Positions 13,230 through 24,655 of a stretch of 64,000 bases of DNA are shown in pieces. This stretch comes from Lophium mytilinum (Eukaryota), in the NCBI GenBank assembly GCA_010093605.1, contig MU004198.1, positions 932,726 to 996,725 of the forward strand, given 5' to 3'. The stretch's first letter is position 1; every line of letters starts with the position of its first letter. The position numbers and the translations under genes were made by a program. The notes under the pieces are model-generated. The model was not told the DNA's origin. It searched no databases and was given only the letters and a program-made list of their open reading frames with translations.

Positions 13230-14150
13230 TAGATAACGAACCTTTACTACACCGTCTGCGTGCTTACAAAATGTATCATGGCGCCCCTGGGTTAATCAAA
13301 GAATCTTACTCTGTCATGTTAAGGTTTTGACCCTGCAGATCGGGACGCTAGAAAATCGAACTATGCAGTAATGCTATTTTGAACACAGTCGATTTCAGAT
13401 GCCAAGATGTTATATTTTGCACAGGTGATAAACCTACCAGGGCGCTCCTGGCCGTTTCAAGAAAACTAGCCTATAATGTTAATGTCTCCACCCTAGATAT
13501 TAGTATAGCTTCTTGAGAGAGCCTGTAGATTACGTGTTGGGGCGTTGTTGCTTGCGGGGGCGGATAGTATGTGATGGCGCCCGTGGGCCATTCAAATATA
13601 CGTGCCCGGTGATGTCAAAACTTGACCTTGTAAATCTTCAATGGCTGGACGCATCGGAGTGTGAGTGGGTGTGGCTACTTGGCAAAGTAGATCAGAAAGT
13701 CTAGGCTTCCTCTTGGAAGGATCTCAACCATCTTCTGGTATATCAAGGATATTTCCCTCCAGGGTTCATGAAATACTGGGATCAATGGATCAACAAAATG
13801 GTCTGCGGAGGGCATCTCGCTCACGTACGCGAGTAGTACACCCAAGAGAAGAAAAACAGAGCAAACTTGATTCCCATTTTTCAGCAACGTCCGTACTCCG
13901 TCCTGGACTTTGGATGGACAAGGCTTGTCGGAGGAGAAGAGCGCTCAGTTGCCTGAGTTCAGTATTGGAGTGTTGGCAAATCTCAAGCTATAAGGGTGTT
14001 GATGCGGAGACACCCTAATTCAGATGCTAAAGCTTTGTCTTTTGCGGAGGTTAAAAGTGTCTCATGGCGCCCCTGGACTTTTCAAGTGAACGTACCTCAT
14101 GATGTCAAAGTCTCGAGCTTCTAATTCAGCCGGCTAGAGATCACCAGGAC
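13230..14150. repeat. Four degenerate ~130-160 bp direct repeats in the intergenic region upstream of HEM3
   Basis: Core CATGGCGCCCCTGG at 13277 and 14063, with variants CAGGGCGCTCCTGG at 13438 and GATGGCGCCCGTGG at 13573. Each is followed by TCAA..ATGTYAA and preceded by related sequence. Confidence 0.6.
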
Positions 14151-14327
14151 GTATCGTCCTGATTCAGCGACACGTTCAGCAAGCCATAAGCCCTTCACAT
14201 GCAAATTGGAGTGAGGTGGTTGAGAAAGTGAGGTCCCTCAGCCCCACCTGTAGTCAGCCGGAACCTGCCGTCTCCGTCAACTCCGCCGACGTCAAGCAAA
14301 GTTCCCCTCCACGCCAAAACAACCACC

Positions 14328-15630
14328 ATGGCGCAGAACACAGCATTGCTGGAGACTCACTCCGTGTCCGCCCCTCCTTCTACAGCCACAACTCTTCCTA
14401 CTATAAAGATTGGCACGCGGCGTTCTGCCCTTGCCCAGATCCAGGCACGCGCCGTGGAAAAACAACTAAAAGATGCCTTTCCCGACAGAACATACGCCGT
14501 ACACGCCGTCCTAGCACAGGGCGATTTGGACAAAGTTACTCCACTTCAGCAGCTATCGCAAGGCGAGAATGCGAAGAGTCTGTGGACTGGGGAGCTGGAG
14601 GCCATGCTGGAGCTAGGCGAGCTGGATATGATTGTTCATTGTTTAAAAGGTATGTGGCCCCACTGCGTGTCTAATTGCCTACACATTGCCTGTTTGCACC
14701 CGCAAATATAGTAGCTTTGTTGCATCAATTGGCGTTGGGGCGACCCTGAAGCTAACACATGTTGCAGATATGCCTACACAACTACCTCCGAACCTGACGC
14801 TCGGTTGCATATGTCCACGAGAAGACCCCCGCGACGTCCTCTGCGTGAGCCCAAAGCTAGCCTCTACGTGCAAAGATCTCGCTTCTCTCCCCGAAGGCTC
14901 CGTCATAGGCACATCCTCCGTACGACGAGCAGCACAGTTACGGCGGCTATACCCGGGTCTCAAGTTCGCCGACCTCCGTGGCAACGTCCCTACACGGCTT
15001 GCGAAACTCGATGCCGAAGACTCGCAATACGCAGGCATTATACTTGCAGCGGCCGGCCTGATCCGACTAGGCATTCAAGCGAGGATCACACAGTTCTTGA
15101 GCAAGGACAGCGGAGGAATGCTACACGCCGTTGGCCAGGGAACGCTCGCGATCGAAGTACGGTCAAATGACACCACTGTGAAGGAACTTCTGGCAAAAGT
15201 TGGTTCGGAGAGGAACGCGAGGGCGTCTCTGGCCCAGCGTGCCCTGCTGAGGACCCTCGAAGGCGGATGCAGTGTCCCAATCGGTGTGGAAACAGAGTGG
15301 AAGAAGCCCAAGAAAGGTGTCGCAACGGGCGTGGAGCCTGCGCGAGAGTACGGGCTGGACGGGAAGGCCGTTGAAGAAGAAGAAGATGACGATGAGGTCG
15401 GCGACGACGAAGAACTGCTCCTTCGAGCCATAGTGGTGAGCGTTGACGGCAAGGAGTTCGTAGAGACGGAAATGGTACGAAAGGTGGCATCAGTGGCAGA
15501 AGCGGAGGCGTTCGGTCAAGACATTGCGAAGATATTGGTTGCGAAGGGTGCCGACAAGATCCTGGAAAAGATCAGCAAGGACAAGCAGTGGGATGCTAAA
15601 AAGCGACTGGAGGCAGAGGCCTCCAAGTGA
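14328..15630 (+). CDS. HEM3: Porphobilinogen deaminase (hydroxymethylbilane synthase)
   Basis: IGTRRSALAQIQ, VHCLK/DMPT across intron 14650-14767, REDPRD, IGTSSVRRAAQL, LRGNVPTRLAKLD and LEGGCSVP (cofactor Cys). Confidence 0.98.
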
Positions 15631-16216
15631 GTGATTCGACTGCAAGTTGCGACTGCACGATGCGAATCTGTGGGGTTGTGGGATTGATTTGACTACGGTC
15701 TAGATACCTTCAGGAACCACAGAACATACACAAAAAACATCTCCCAACTCTGACTTCCAGGTGCGTATTTACCATGTCACATGTGCTATCGCGGAATATG
15801 CTGCAGACTTAGCCGACTATGAGATTAGCATGTCTACAGAGATGCGCCACTGTCTGAGGTACTCCAACCCACCGCTAAAATTCTGGGCGGATATAAAATT
15901 TTAGCAGGCATAACCGAGACTGATGTCTCAAACCACATGACGGACCTGACACTAAGTAATCGATCCACCACAGGTCCAATATCGGCTTAATAGAAATCAC
16001 ATCCAGTTGCAATTTTAAAAGTACGATGAAGGACCTCCGACGGTGGCGAGCACTCCCCATTTCAACCTATAAGCCCCGAGTCCGAATCGCGAGTTCAGAA
16101 ACTTTACATCCCACCCTCAGTTTTTATAGTACCCTGAAGCACCCCAAACACCGTCGTACAGCTAGAAAGCATCACCGAGACTGTCGAAGTCGAGTATGGC
16201 AGCTGTACACACCTAA

Positions 16217-16762
16217 TCACGGACACCGCCCATCTAAAACTCCCTCGTCAACATCCTCACTCCCACCGCTTCTCACCTCCCCATCCCCTATTTCTAACAA
16301 AGCTCCTTGAACCAAATCCCTCAGCTTGCCCAACACCCCCTCCAGCCTCTGCAAACTCGCTATCCTTTTCCCCCTCCCCCTCCACCTCTCCTGCTCAAAA
16401 AGCACCCATAAACGCTCCACCACCAACAGTATCAACCTCACTGTATCGACGAGCGGCCGCACCGCTCTCGCCTCTACTTTCCTCCTCCGCGCTGTTTCAT
16501 CAGAAATAGCGTCGATGATGCGCGAGAGGTCTTCGCAGTAGAGGATGAAGCGATTGATCTCGGCATCGTCGGGGAGGTTGAGGAGGAGGGAGAAGGGGAG
16601 GTGGGCGGTACGTTCTGTGTGGAGGAAGGAGCGGTTTATGGTGAGGAGGACTGTGAGGGCGGTGTTGAGGGAGGCTAATTGAGATATGGTAAGGTGGTGA
16701 AGGGCCAGCTTCAGAGAGGCGATGGGCGTGGGGAGAGGGTGGAGGGTGGCTTGTTGGGTCAT
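16217..16762 (-). CDS. Hypothetical helical protein (181 aa)
   Basis: ATG-started ORF with coding-like composition. A canonical intron just upstream (16893-16784; GTACGT..CTGAC..CAG) suggests a spliced 5' UTR. Confidence 0.55.
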   Translation of the reverse strand: MTQQATLHPLPTPIASLKLALHHLTISQLASLNTALTVLLTINRSFLHTERTAHLPFSLLLNLPDDAEINRFILYCEDLSRIIDAISDETARRRKVEARAVRPLVDTVRLILLVVERLWVLFEQERWRGRGKRIASLQRLEGVLGKLRDLVQGALLEIGDGEVRSGGSEDVDEGVLDGRCP

Positions 16763-17169
16763 GAGGACGAAGGAGGCTACGGCCTGGAGGCGCCGGCGAG
16801 GTCAGTGAAGATTTTGGGTTTAGGGGAAGGAGGGCTTTCTATAGGTCTGTTAATATGGGGATCGCTGGAGTTCTGAGCGAGTTTGGTACGTACCTGATGC
16901 TCCTAGCGAATGGGCTTAGATTAGATTTTTAAGCCGGCTCTCGGTTGAGGCTCTAAAGAGATACCCTTGCTGGATGTAGGAGGATATGAGAAGTGTTCTG
17001 TTCTTTGACCTGCATGCAAGAGATTCGCGCGAATTTCTAGGTAGCAAGGAAGACAACAAAGAAACCGGCCCAACTTCGACAACCACCAATTCTACTCTTT
17101 CAACACGCTCTGAAATGACGCAGGCTTTAGTAGGATAGCGACTTCATTACAAGGGGTACTGCGATCAGG

Positions 17170-18820
17170 CTAGTAATTATCCAGCGTATTCCTCCGACTC
17201 TGAACAGCAGCCCTTGGGTCCCTTCTCCCCATCGTGACCTCCAGCGCCTGCACCAACGCCTTCTCATCGTACCTCTGAAAGCCTTCACCCTCCACTCGCC
17301 TCCCATATACCCTGATAGTCTCGATCCCTAGTGCTGCTAGCTCTTCCTTGTACACAGCCGGCGTACCAGGCCCTTGAAGGTGGATCACGTGCGTCACGTA
17401 GGACCTGTAGTCGTATTGAGGTATCGGACCCACAATACCGCGACTCTCATAGCCCGCCCTGGCAATCGCGGCGATGAAGTCGGTGGCGCTGTAAGGCTCG
17501 GTTGAGGGTCCCGTCTCGCGATCGATGGTGCTGTTGAGAATGAGGATCTTGTGGCGAATGATGGGAGATGCGATTAGTTCGCCGACGCCTTTCAGAACAA
17601 TCGAAGGGATAATTGAAGTCCAGAGTGAGCCGATGCTGTAGATGATGCACTGGCATTCGCGAATCGCATCCAGTACCTTGGAGTTTGCGGCCAACCGGAT
17701 TTCTTGGCCATATGGGTTGATGTACCAGAGGCGCTGAATGCGGGCAGGTAGATCATCTTCATCAGCCTTGGAGAACGTGATGTACTGTTTGCGCAGAGTC
17801 GGGAGGGAGCCGGGGAGGTTGGCATCCTCGATGCGGTCGTGTTCCTCGGTTTCCTCGTGCTCACTGGGTGGAGCGGCTTGATTCTGCAGAGCAGTTGGTG
17901 CCGAAGGATGGGAGATTGAGTTCTGACCTGTGATCTTAGTGCCGTTGGCCAGCCCTACAGTAATGTGGTGGGTGAAGTTGGTATTGATCGCTGGAAGCAC
18001 GGACACGGACGAGGGGACGGAGCAGATGCTACTGAGAAGGTAGATGGCGCTTTCGAAGCTCCCAGTGAAGAGACGTGCCCTTTTTCGACACCTTAGCAAA
18101 AATGTGGATATGAACGCAAAAGTGACGTGATATAGAAGCGTGATGCCAAGACTCAAATACACTTACCCAGTCAGAAAGAGATTGCCAATACTGGCAGAGG
18201 AGAAATCAAAGGTAGAAGAGGGACGAAGTCGTTTTACAATTTCAAGGTTGATAGTGTTGAGAAAGGAGCGGATGAGCTCCTTCTTCGCTGAAGAGATGTG
18301 TGCCCATAACGGATGGTCTGCCTCGACGATCTTCAGCCACTCCTGCTTGGCTTCGATTCGGTCTTTCGGCAGTCGATGGTTGAAGAAAGCTTTCATGGCA
18401 GCCTTTTCGCTGTCATCGTGATCCGGGTCGTCAGGAATCATACGGACAAGACGGCCTGAATTCAGATACTGGTGAGTAAAAAGATGTATCGGAAGACAAC
18501 CTGTGAAGTGTGACTGTGAGCAGCTTACTTCTAACATCGCCAATGCCTTTGATTATATTAGAACATATATTTGTATATAGTTGCATGTTCTTATACGAAC
18601 CTGGACCGCCAAAGACGCGTATCAACTCTGAAGAGCTTCCGCCATTGTCGGAGATTGGAATGACATAGCTCAGCGTGCATCTCTTATTCTCTCGAATGGT
18701 CTTGAATACGTCGACTAGATTGTTGGCAGCGCTTCCGCCGGAGAACACGACGATGCCTTTGACTTTGCTGCCATTCGGATTCATTGTGCTTGGAGCGATC
18801 GAGGAAGGATGGAGCTGCAT
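17170..18820 (-). CDS. CofD/UPF0052 (YvcK-like) family protein, yeast YNL011C-like
   Basis: Exons 18820-18601, 18546-18529, 18455-18167, 18079-17170. Motifs IVVFSGGSAAN, PISDNGGSSSE, GGPGIGDVRSRL, SIGNLFLTGARLF, IIYSIGSLWTSIIP, DRET. The start could be the second ATG at 18784. Confidence 0.9.
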
Positions 18821-19522
18821 GGCGAATTGAGAAGGGTGACGCTCGGCCGAGGGCGCCTCAAGGGCTTCTATTATTTGATCATTATTGAGGACACGGTAAC
18901 ATCTTCCGATGAGGTGATGGACGATATTAGCTAATGGTACGAATGTGGTCGTGTGGGGAGTCAGAGGCAGAAGAAGGAGGCAGTGAGAGCTAGCTTTAAG
19001 GTTAGCCCGCATCGGGAGGAGCACCCGGTAGCTTCAAGTGACGACGGTCCTAACTGGCATGCTCGTTGCTTTTAAATAGCTAGATCTAGAGGATGTTTTT
19101 GATGCCTGGGGATTCCTTCAGTCTGCTGGACGTAAATCGGTGCGATGTCTGTAGAAGCCTTGAATTCATAAACCATGGGAACAGCCCTTATCAGCCTCAA
19201 AGCTGTAAACGAGAGTCCTCTTCGATTTAAGAAGGGATAGCTGCGAGAACTATCAGAGTTTCCCACGAGTTCACAAGCTATACAATGGCAAGGTTATGGT
19301 TGAGGAGTTTATACATTTGTGTGAGTCCCCGGCCCAGAAGGAGTCGTGAGAAGTACATCATCTCCGCCCCTCCTCTGCATCCGTGTGTATCAAGCTTCCG
19401 AATCAAAGCACCGTATGCTCCCAAGCCCTATGTAGAGCGTCTTCGAAGAAACCCTGTCTGTATCCCTAGCGATTGCAATGCATCTGTCCCACGGTCGTCT
19501 GATCTACGCCGTCGCATCCGAT

Positions 19523-19847
19523 CTATGCCGCTGCATCCTCAAGGCCTTCCTGTTCTTTGCTTCGCCTCCGTTTCTCGAGCAGTCTGTCCCGTCGGTCCGC
19601 TAGCACTTTGAATTGTCGTCCCTCCACGCCGGTCAACCAGTACCCGAAGCTTCCTCCGACGGTGGCATAGATCGGGTAGACCCAGAGCGATTCCCTGTTG
19701 AACATGGGGCGCATCTCAATCCCGAGCTGCCATAGTCGTATGGCGACGCCTGCACAGTGAATCCATCGGTCAGAGGCTGTAATGTGCAATGTTTACGATC
19801 GGGTGATTCTTACCGAAGCCGCTCCAGAAGAGGATTTTGTGAACCAT
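19523..19847 (-). CDS. NADH:ubiquinone oxidoreductase 14 kDa accessory subunit (B14.5b/NDUFC2-like)
   Basis: MVHKILFWSGFG, intron 19813-19750, then VAIRLWQLGIEMRPMFNRESLWVYPIYATVGGSFGYWL...RRDRLLEKRRR. This matches the fungal complex I 14-kDa subunit as recalled. Confidence 0.88.
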
Positions 19848-20142
19848 TGTGAGGGGAGATTTCGATGCTGCGAGATTCGGTGGGCGAAGATGTGACCGGA
19901 AGCTGCAATTGGGGCACTCCCGGGTATTTATGAGGGCGGCTAAAGAGGGTCGGTGGGTTGACGTCGCGTCTTCCTGGCGGTGAGGAGTGGCACAGTGGAG
20001 CTTCCCAGGTGTGCCGTCCTTGAAGATTTGCCAAGCCGCGCTAAGAGACACCCTTGCGTCTCCTCGGTGTCTCTCCACGAATGTTACAGCTCACTTTCTT
20101 CACTCTCCACGTCGTCATTGCGCGACCGACGTTCTTTTCAAC

Positions 20143-22218
20143 ATGGCCGCCCTGGATCACAAGCGGTCACTTGACGGCGACATAGTCATGCAAGATGGCC
20201 CCCCTCCCCGCAAGAAGCTTCGGATCTCAGACCTGCCCATCGAAGCCAATAAACGCTCCGTTATCGACACGCTTCTGCACACTTTTAAGAAGAAGGGCGA
20301 GTTCGATGCGCTTCGCAAGCTGATCTACGCTCAGTTTGACTCGGGGGTATGCCCACTCCATTCTAGCAACTACGCGATTTGTCTAACAAGATATGTGCAG
20401 GAAGCTAAAGCAAACCTCCTCTCTTCGCTCGAGCAACTAGTCGATCGCGAAACCGATCGCAACCCCTCATTACTATCGAAAGAGCGCCGCATTGCCGCGC
20501 CCTTGGTGGAAGGCGCCGCTGAACGAAGCGATATCTACAAAGATGTTTTCGCCAGCATTGACAACCTGATGGATCAACTGATCGCGTCGCAAGGTATCCA
20601 GAAGATGCGTGAGGTCAGGGCTAAAGATGTTGGTGCCGAACAGGCCGCCGCAGAGGAGCGCGTTGGCAGCAAGACGGATGAGGATTACGCTAGAGATGCT
20701 GAGGTACGGCGGGAAGCAAGGGCGGAGATCAGAGAGAGAGAGCTGGAGGAGAAGAGAAAACTCGATCGAGAGAGGAAGGAGTTAGAAGCAGAAAAGGCGC
20801 GGCGGCGGGAAGAGGAGAGAGAAGCTCGGGAGAAGGAGCGCCGTGATCGGGAGAAGGAGCGAGAGAAAGAACGCGAAAAGGAGCGAGAACGGGAGCGGGA
20901 ACGGCGGGAGAGGGAAGAGCTGGAGCGCGAGGAGCGAGAGGAGCGACGGCGAAAGGAGGTACGGCGTGAACGTGATGAACGTGAGCGGAGAGAATACGAG
21001 TATCAGAAAGAAAGGCGGGATCGAAAAGAACGCGAGCGCCGACGGATTAGAGAACCTTCGTATGATCGAGACAGGGACTATCGGAGACCCACGGTCGATG
21101 AAGACAAACCACTCAAACCAGAGGACATCAACGTAGACGATGATATCGCGCTCCAAGCTCTTTTGAAGGAGGGAGAGGAGGTCAAGAGAGAGCGAGAACG
21201 GCCCGTGTTGGAGAGGTCAGAATCTCTGGAACCGCCGATTCGAAGACCCATGGCTCCGAAGTCAATTGTCCCTCGCGATCCAGTTGCGGCTCGACTTGCC
21301 AAACTAGACACCAAACCTCTCACCAAGTCTTCCCCCGCCAAGCTTGAAATCAAGATGGCTACGCCTACTACGCCGGCTGCGAAACCTGAGGATAGTCTCG
21401 CTGAGGCTGATGGTGTGGATGTCAAGGTGGAGAAAGACATTAAGGAGGAGAACGATGAAAAGGAAGATGTTGACCGTGCAAGGTCACGATCACAGAGTGC
21501 CGATAGAAGATCAAGTCACCGGAGGCGGTCTTCACCTTCACGAGAACGAGAACGGTCGAGTCGATATGACTACGATCGTCGGTCCGGCCGGTATGACGAC
21601 AAGTACCGGTCTCGCGATGATGACTACAGGAGATCCTCGCGATACTACGATGAAGACGATCGCCAAGCCCTAAAGGACAAACAACGCATTGAACGAGAGC
21701 GCGATGCCCGTGAATACAAGCGGTCGCATCGTGACGAGTCGCGGCACAGCCGCAGCGAATCTAAAGGAAGCGCCACGCACAAAAGCTCTCGATACCGCTC
21801 TCCGAGTCTATCCCGTACTCGTGATCGGTCGAAGACCCCACCTAGGCGCGGCTACAGGGACGCTTCTCCTCGATCCCGTCGCCATCGCTCACGATCACGA
21901 AGTCCTAAAGACATCGATAGATACGTCCCAAGCACGTCTGCACGAGCGAAAACATCCTTCGCTAGAGATGATTATCGTGATCGGGATCGTGATCGAGATT
22001 ATCGGTCTAGGGGATCTTATGGTAGAGACGCCCGCGACCGAGACGATGATGAGGAAAGACGCCGGCACACGGACATTGATCGCTACATGCCGGGACGGAG
22101 TCGTGCAGCGCCTGACGACAGGGATAGAGAACGTGACCGAGATCGAAGTCGAGATCGAGACCGACGGAGGCGCGAACGCAGCCGTACGAGAAGTAGGAGC
22201 AGGGGCTCCAGGCGTTAA
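20143..22218 (+). CDS. BOD1/SHG1 (COMPASS component) domain protein with long RE/RD/RS-rich tail
   Basis: N-terminal LLHTFKKKGEFDALRK...LVEGAAERSDIY motif. Probable 54-nt in-frame intron 20347-20400 (GTATGC..CTAAC..CAG). Divergent from the complex I gene. Confidence 0.85.
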   Translation: MAALDHKRSLDGDIVMQDGPPPRKKLRISDLPIEANKRSVIDTLLHTFKKKGEFDALRKLIYAQFDSGVCPLHSSNYAICLTRYVQEAKANLLSSLEQLVDRETDRNPSLLSKERRIAAPLVEGAAERSDIYKDVFASIDNLMDQLIASQGIQKMREVRAKDVGAEQAAAEERVGSKTDEDYARDAEVRREARAEIRERELEEKRKLDRERKELEAEKARRREEEREAREKERRDREKEREKEREKERERERERREREELEREEREERRRKEVRRERDERERREYEYQKERRDRKERERRRIREPSYDRDRDYRRPTVDEDKPLKPEDINVDDDIALQALLKEGEEVKRERERPVLERSESLEPPIRRPMAPKSIVPRDPVAARLAKLDTKPLTKSSPAKLEIKMATPTTPAAKPEDSLAEADGVDVKVEKDIKEENDEKEDVDRARSRSQSADRRSSHRRRSSPSRERERSSRYDYDRRSGRYDDKYRSRDDDYRRSSRYYDEDDRQALKDKQRIERERDAREYKRSHRDESRHSRSESKGSATHKSSRYRSPSLSRTRDRSKTPPRRGYRDASPRSRRHRSRSRSPKDIDRYVPSTSARAKTSFARDDYRDRDRDRDYRSRGSYGRDARDRDDDEERRRHTDIDRYMPGRSRAAPDDRDRERDRDRSRDRDRRRRERSRTRSRSRGSRR

Positions 22219-22607
22219 GTCTCGGATATCAAACAGGCAACCGGCAATCCGTGAGCCATCAGCAATGGACCTGTTCGCCTAACTTGAGAGCATGTGTAGT
22301 TCTCCGGCCCTTGTTGGCCTTGTTCATTAGCAATTTGCCGTGTTTTGTATGATACTATAGTTGGCTCTGAGCAACAATGCGATACCCCTTGCAAACTTCA
22401 ATACTATGACTGCCCAAAGCTGATGATCATCAACGAGGGTACGTATTCCCATATGGCTTGACGCGAATTCATTGAAGGCGCTACTTTAGTCTTGTCTATT
22501 TTTATATGTCTTGGCAGGTACGCCACTGAAAGGAGGCTCGCGATTGACCACCACTCCCTCACGAACGCCTGCCAGAAGCCACACTCAAGGTGTGATCAAA
22601 TTGTACC

Positions 22608-23885
22608 ATGATATCCTTTCAGTTACTTCTGCTAGCGTTCAGCGTCCTCTCCTCCACCGCCGCCTCAGACCTCTTCCAAGCCGAGAAACGCACCTCCGAA
22701 AGTCAACGACTGCTTGACGACATAACATGGATCGAACCGCACCGCAGCTTCGTGGTGAAGCTCGACACGCCGGGCTACCCTCGATGGCTTCTCAACAAGA
22801 CGACTACACTGGCACCAGAACGCACGAGGTCTAAGGACTGGTATTACGCAGCATACGACCAGCCAAGCGCCGTCCTCCTCAATTTCACCCTCTCCTCCGA
22901 CAACAAGACCCTTTACCTCAACAGCCAGGCCATATTACCCTTGCCAGACACAATGATCCCCCCAAAGCTAGCGGCATATCAGGTGCCAGCGAACATCAGC
23001 AGGGATGAGTTTAGTCTACTCAAACAACACCATATACTCAGTTGGGCATTTTACGGGACAACGATCGCATACCAACGCCTCACTATTGACTACGATCGCC
23101 TCGTCTGGGCGGATCCGTCCTCTGGCCCATATCAAAACCACGTACCAACTCTCAGGTTCCGCCTGATGGGCTTCGGGTCATACAAGCAGGACGACGTCTT
23201 AGATGACAGGCTCCAGAGGGTCGTTCACGTCACTCTAGCGGACCAGAAGCACGGATCTTCCGACGCTTCCGATCGTTCCTATCTGATTACCGAGGTCGCG
23301 CTTAAAGAATCTCGAAGGTCGTACGCTTACGCAGGCGTGTTGCCCAACAATGTCTCGAGGATCGATGATTGTTCGGCTCGCTCATGGCGGTGCGAGGATC
23401 ACGGACTGTACGCTGAGGGGGAGCCGTGGTATAGGTATATGTGGAGGCACAAGTTCGACCAACAATTCGGACGCATTGGATCTCAGCGACATGAGATAAT
23501 GAGCACCTGGGACGCGGTCGCCGAGTTCTTCAGAGACACATGGCCAATTTGGGTCTTCACTTTCGTAGGCTTTCTCGGAACGGTTTTGGTCACATATGTG
23601 GTCTATGGGATGATTAGGTACATGCGGTGGATTCGTCTCCGGCGTATTCAGTTGCTGGCTGAAGAGGATGGCCTGTTAGGCGCCCCTAAAGATGAAGAGG
23701 AGGACGCAGACTTTGGCTATGATGATGAGCCCCCGAGCTATGAGGATTCTGTGAAGCCTCTTCCACCGCCGCCTTCTCCTCCTCCACTACCGCCTAGGCC
23801 ATTTACCCCCTCCTTAGCTGTCGCAGTAGAGCAGGACCTCATCGTTCTCAACGATGCCGAGCTTGATGTTGAGCGAGGTGCTTGA
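22608..23885 (+). CDS. Hypothetical type I membrane protein (signal peptide, one TM, Pro-rich tail)
   Basis: Intronless 425-aa ORF. Signal peptide MISFQLLLLAFSVLSSTAA, LLNFTLSSDNKTLYLN segment, TM IWVFTFVGFLGTVLVTYVVYGMI, and a PPSY motif. Confidence 0.8.
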   Translation: MISFQLLLLAFSVLSSTAASDLFQAEKRTSESQRLLDDITWIEPHRSFVVKLDTPGYPRWLLNKTTTLAPERTRSKDWYYAAYDQPSAVLLNFTLSSDNKTLYLNSQAILPLPDTMIPPKLAAYQVPANISRDEFSLLKQHHILSWAFYGTTIAYQRLTIDYDRLVWADPSSGPYQNHVPTLRFRLMGFGSYKQDDVLDDRLQRVVHVTLADQKHGSSDASDRSYLITEVALKESRRSYAYAGVLPNNVSRIDDCSARSWRCEDHGLYAEGEPWYRYMWRHKFDQQFGRIGSQRHEIMSTWDAVAEFFRDTWPIWVFTFVGFLGTVLVTYVVYGMIRYMRWIRLRRIQLLAEEDGLLGAPKDEEEDADFGYDDEPPSYEDSVKPLPPPPSPPPLPPRPFTPSLAVAVEQDLIVLNDAELDVERGA

Positions 23886-24655
23886 GTTGTACTTCTGTTT
23901 TTCTTATCAGTTTAGCGACATCATACATGGAGCATTATTCAGTAGCATGTATCTGTATCTAATTTTCGTATATTTGCAACACTGACATCAAGAGGAAGCA
24001 ATGTGACCATTTGAACATTATCCATATCACTGTACTTTGTCTCGCGTCTCTTGCCATGAGCCTGGAGGCGGTGGTCTTGATTTTCTTACAGGACAAGATC
24101 TTTGAAGGTGTGAGCATCGACCAGCCCCTCCTGCGATTGGCTAACTATCCCATCGCCCTCGGCCTCATGCAAACCGCCCACTTTGCCAAGGCTCTAACCG
24201 TATTCGGCAAGCTTCCATGTCTAGCGTCCCCCGTAAGTGTTGACTTCGCTCACCGTTCCATTGCAACTCCTTTTCTCTGCACATCCTTGACAGCATTACC
24301 TGTTATCACGAGCCATCCTCTTCTTCTATGCTCTAGCCATCATACCCTTGAGGTCACCCCTATCTCTAAGTATTGCAGTTCATTGCCGACAAAGAAGTAC
24401 GCTATCCACTACAATTTCATTAACAACCTCGTTGCCACCTGCTAGGCCTAGATGAGGGACGGCTGAATAATACCAAGCATCTTCCCCGCATATCAGACGC
24501 CCCATGGGGTCGTGCTCGTTTTCCCCTCCAGGCCTAGGACTTCGGATCTACGTAGCATTTACCGGGTCTTCTGTATGGAACTTGCTGTATCATGACAATC
24601 GCTATATGAACTATTCTCCTGACATTCCACTTATTTCCATTTGTCGACCTTGGAC

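Noticed and set aside
13230..14150. CRISPR-like array
   Set aside because: Eukaryotic context, degenerate units, irregular spacing and no cas genes.
20760..22218. GA-rich repetitive DNA as a satellite
   Set aside because: It is the coding sequence of the RE/RD/RS low-complexity tail of the SHG1/BOD1 protein.
24011..24445. 144-aa plus-strand ORF
   Set aside because: TTG start and no motifs. It is probably non-coding or the shadow of a minus-strand remnant.
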